A stretch of 32,000 nt of DNA from NCBI GenBank assembly GCA_963662715.1, contig OY759724.1:3030001-3062000 (forward strand), given 5' to 3'. The stretch comes from Candidatus Omnitrophota bacterium (lineage in GTDB: Bacteria; Omnitrophota; Gorgyraeia; Zapsychrales; JANLHA01). Both the position numbers and the translations under genes were made by a program. Below the pieces are notes generated by a model. That model saw only the letters and a list, made by a program, of their open reading frames with translations, ran no database searches and was not told the origin of the DNA. Below, one piece after another: positions 30,535-32,000 of this stretch. The first letter of the stretch is position 1; each line of letters begins with the position of its first letter.

Positions 30535-32000
30535 CCATTTACACAAGAGTATCAACAGAAGACCAAGCCCGTGAGGGGACTTCTTTGGAGGTTCAGCGGG
30601 AGTTTCTTGAGAATTACGCAAAGCATCAGGGGTGGTCTATATATTATCCGGAAAAAGGTCGGATTTACGAAGATGACGGTTATTCTGGAAATCTAAGCAG
30701 ACGACCTGCTTTGAATAAACTTCTTAGCCACGCAAACCAGAAAAAATTTGATATTGTACTTGTCTATAAAATCGACCGTTTCGCAAGAAACAACAGGCTT
30801 CTGCTTAATCTTGTCGAAGACCTCGACCAAAGGGGAATAGGTTTTAAATCAGCTACGGAGTCATTTGATACCGTTACTGCCGCCGGCAAAATGGCGCTGT
30901 CAATGCTTGGAACGGTAGCGCAGTTTGAGCGGGACAGGATTATTGAACGGGTATTTCCGGGGATGATAAAAGGCGTGGAGCGAGGGAACTGGCAGGGTGC
31001 AAGATATTCGCCCTATGGATATTTTTATAATAAACAAAAGAAGCTTCTTGAAGTGGTGCCGGAGGAAGCAAATGTTGTAAAAATGATTTATACAATGTAT
31101 CTGTCAGGGCAAAGCACGCCGCAAATAGCAGGGTATCTTTACGATAAAAAATATAAAACCAGAAGCGGCGGGAAATTTCATACAAAACTGGTCGCAGATA
31201 TTTTAAAAAATCAGTTATATATCGGCAATCTTGTATGGAACAAGCATCATTACGATAAGACGAAAAAGACCCTCAAAGGCAATCGCTATGTTAAAAACGA
31301 TCCGGAAAAAGTTGTAATCTCTAAAGGAAAACATATACCGATAATTGACCGGGAAGATTTTGAAGCCGTACAGCAAAAGCTTGAAAAAAGCAGAAAAGGC
31401 ATGGGAAACAGAAAGGGATGTAAAGAATATCCTTTGACAGGTATCATCAAATGCGCTAAATGCGGGCATAATTTCCATGGCTCACTTCTGACAGCATCAA
31501 GGGAAAATAAAAAAACGAAACTGAAAAGAAGATATTACAGATGTTCCGGCAGAGCAACGCACAATGTTAGATGTGATAATGTTTTTGTGAAAGCAGTTGA
31601 GGTAGAGAAAGAAGTTTACAGAATCTTGGAAACAATACGGCTGGAAGATATAAATGAGGCGTTACGGACTTCAGCATCATCAAATAATATAACGGAAGCA
31701 AACGAAGAAGTGATCGACAAGATCCATGAATTGAAGATGGATTTAGCGAAGAATTTAAAAAAGCAAGAAAGGCTCGGGAAAATCTTTACTGAAGGGCTGA
31801 TTGCAATGGAAGCCTACAAGCCCCAGGTCATTCCCCTCAGAGATGAAGAGAAGGAAATAAAAGGTAAAATCAAAAAGCTTGAGCTGAACTTAATTGAAAG
31901 AGAACGTTCAGAAGAATACAAAAAATTAGTAACAGCCGTTATTGAACACATTGACGCAGTCAGGAATATGGACATCGCAGGCAAGAAAGGACTGCTGAAA
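30525..32000 (+). CDS. Large serine recombinase/integrase (3' end beyond window; absent from ORF track)
   Basis: I translated 492 codons by hand from ATG 30525 with no stop. MRVAIYTRVSTEDQ holds the catalytic Ser. It is followed by VYKIDRFARN, GKMALSMLGTVAQFERDRIIERV, a recombinase domain, the zinc ribbon CAKCGHNF...YYRCSG...RC and a K/E-rich coiled coil. The antisense track ORFs 30940..31185 and 31215..31478 are shadows. Confidence 0.92.
   Translation, partial: MRVAIYTRVSTEDQAREGTSLEVQREFLENYAKHQGWSIYYPEKGRIYEDDGYSGNLSRRPALNKLLSHANQKKFDIVLVYKIDRFARNNRLLLNLVEDLDQRGIGFKSATESFDTVTAAGKMALSMLGTVAQFERDRIIERVFPGMIKGVERGNWQGARYSPYGYFYNKQKKLLEVVPEEANVVKMIYTMYLSGQSTPQIAGYLYDKKYKTRSGGKFHTKLVADILKNQLYIGNLVWNKHHYDKTKKTLKGNRYVKNDPEKVVISKGKHIPIIDREDFEAVQQKLEKSRKGMGNRKGCKEYPLTGIIKCAKCGHNFHGSLLTASRENKKTKLKRRYYRCSGRATHNVRCDNVFVKAVEVEKEVYRILETIRLEDINEALRTSASSNNITEANEEVIDKIHELKMDLAKNLKKQERLGKIFTEGLIAMEAYKPQVIPLRDEEKEIKGKIKKLELNLIERERSEEYKKLVTAVIEHIDAVRNMDIAGKKGLLK

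Larger units (their letters stand above)
29117..32000 (+). mobile_element. Left end of an integrated element (prophage/ICE/IME-like) carrying a large serine recombinase; left boundary not resolved
   Basis: Content switches abruptly from redox housekeeping genes to hypothetical genes, an Xis-like HTH and a serine integrase. A 590-nt non-coding junction holds palindromes and hairpins. The element continues past the window. Confidence 0.55.

Noticed and set aside
30940-31478. Two minus-strand track ORFs (30940..31185 and 31215..31478)
   Set aside because: They are antisense shadows of the serine recombinase frame, which has clear catalytic and zinc-ribbon motifs.
1-32000. CRISPR arrays, tRNA or rRNA genes
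   Set aside because: I found no regularly spaced direct repeats and no tRNA-like T-arm or acceptor patterns in the few non-coding gaps. This was a visual scan only. tRNAscan-SE, Infernal and a CRISPR finder would be decisive.

Overview
AT-rich window (judged by eye, not computed). About 55 tightly packed genes all lie on the + strand. Bacterial housekeeping markers are present (def, map, acpP, trxA, bioB, panD, yggS). They sit among genes typical of strict anaerobes: Hdr-like heterodisulfide reductase subunits, COG1149 MinD/ferredoxin ATPases, NifX-like proteins, DUF5320, DUF169, DUF89 and MTH1187. The likely source is an uncultivated anaerobic bacterium, but I cannot name the lineage. The main theme is Fe-S and thiol redox: at least 4 small ferredoxins, 4 thioredoxin-fold proteins, 4 radical-SAM enzymes, an Mrp/NBP35 carrier, a DsbD-like membrane protein and a CoADR/Nox-family flavoprotein.

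Most interesting items:
- (a) An apparent operon, trxA...trxB-like/hdrA/acpP/small redoxin/hdrC/hdrB. The TrxR-like protein has lost both NADPH-binding motifs, and a canonical ACP sits inside the hdr genes.
- (b) A DUF5320 / ferredoxin / 2x NifX-like / RGG zinc-ribbon / 2x COG1149 / DUF169 module. It is interrupted by a 287-nt non-coding gap holding four strong hairpins, two of which are covarying twins with GUGA tetraloops.
- (c) bioB is interrupted by a single in-frame TAA exactly at the conserved Gln of the radical-SAM motif.
- (d) map appears to carry a homopolymer frameshift.
- (e) A mobile element at the 3' end has a large serine recombinase, which is absent from the ORF track because it runs off the window. 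A palindromic operator-like array lies upstream of it.

Three real-looking CDSs under 60 aa are also missing from the ORF track (539..712, 1932..2111, 27501..27665). I saw no rRNA, tRNA or CRISPR array. All family assignments come from motif recognition by eye and memory, with no searches run.
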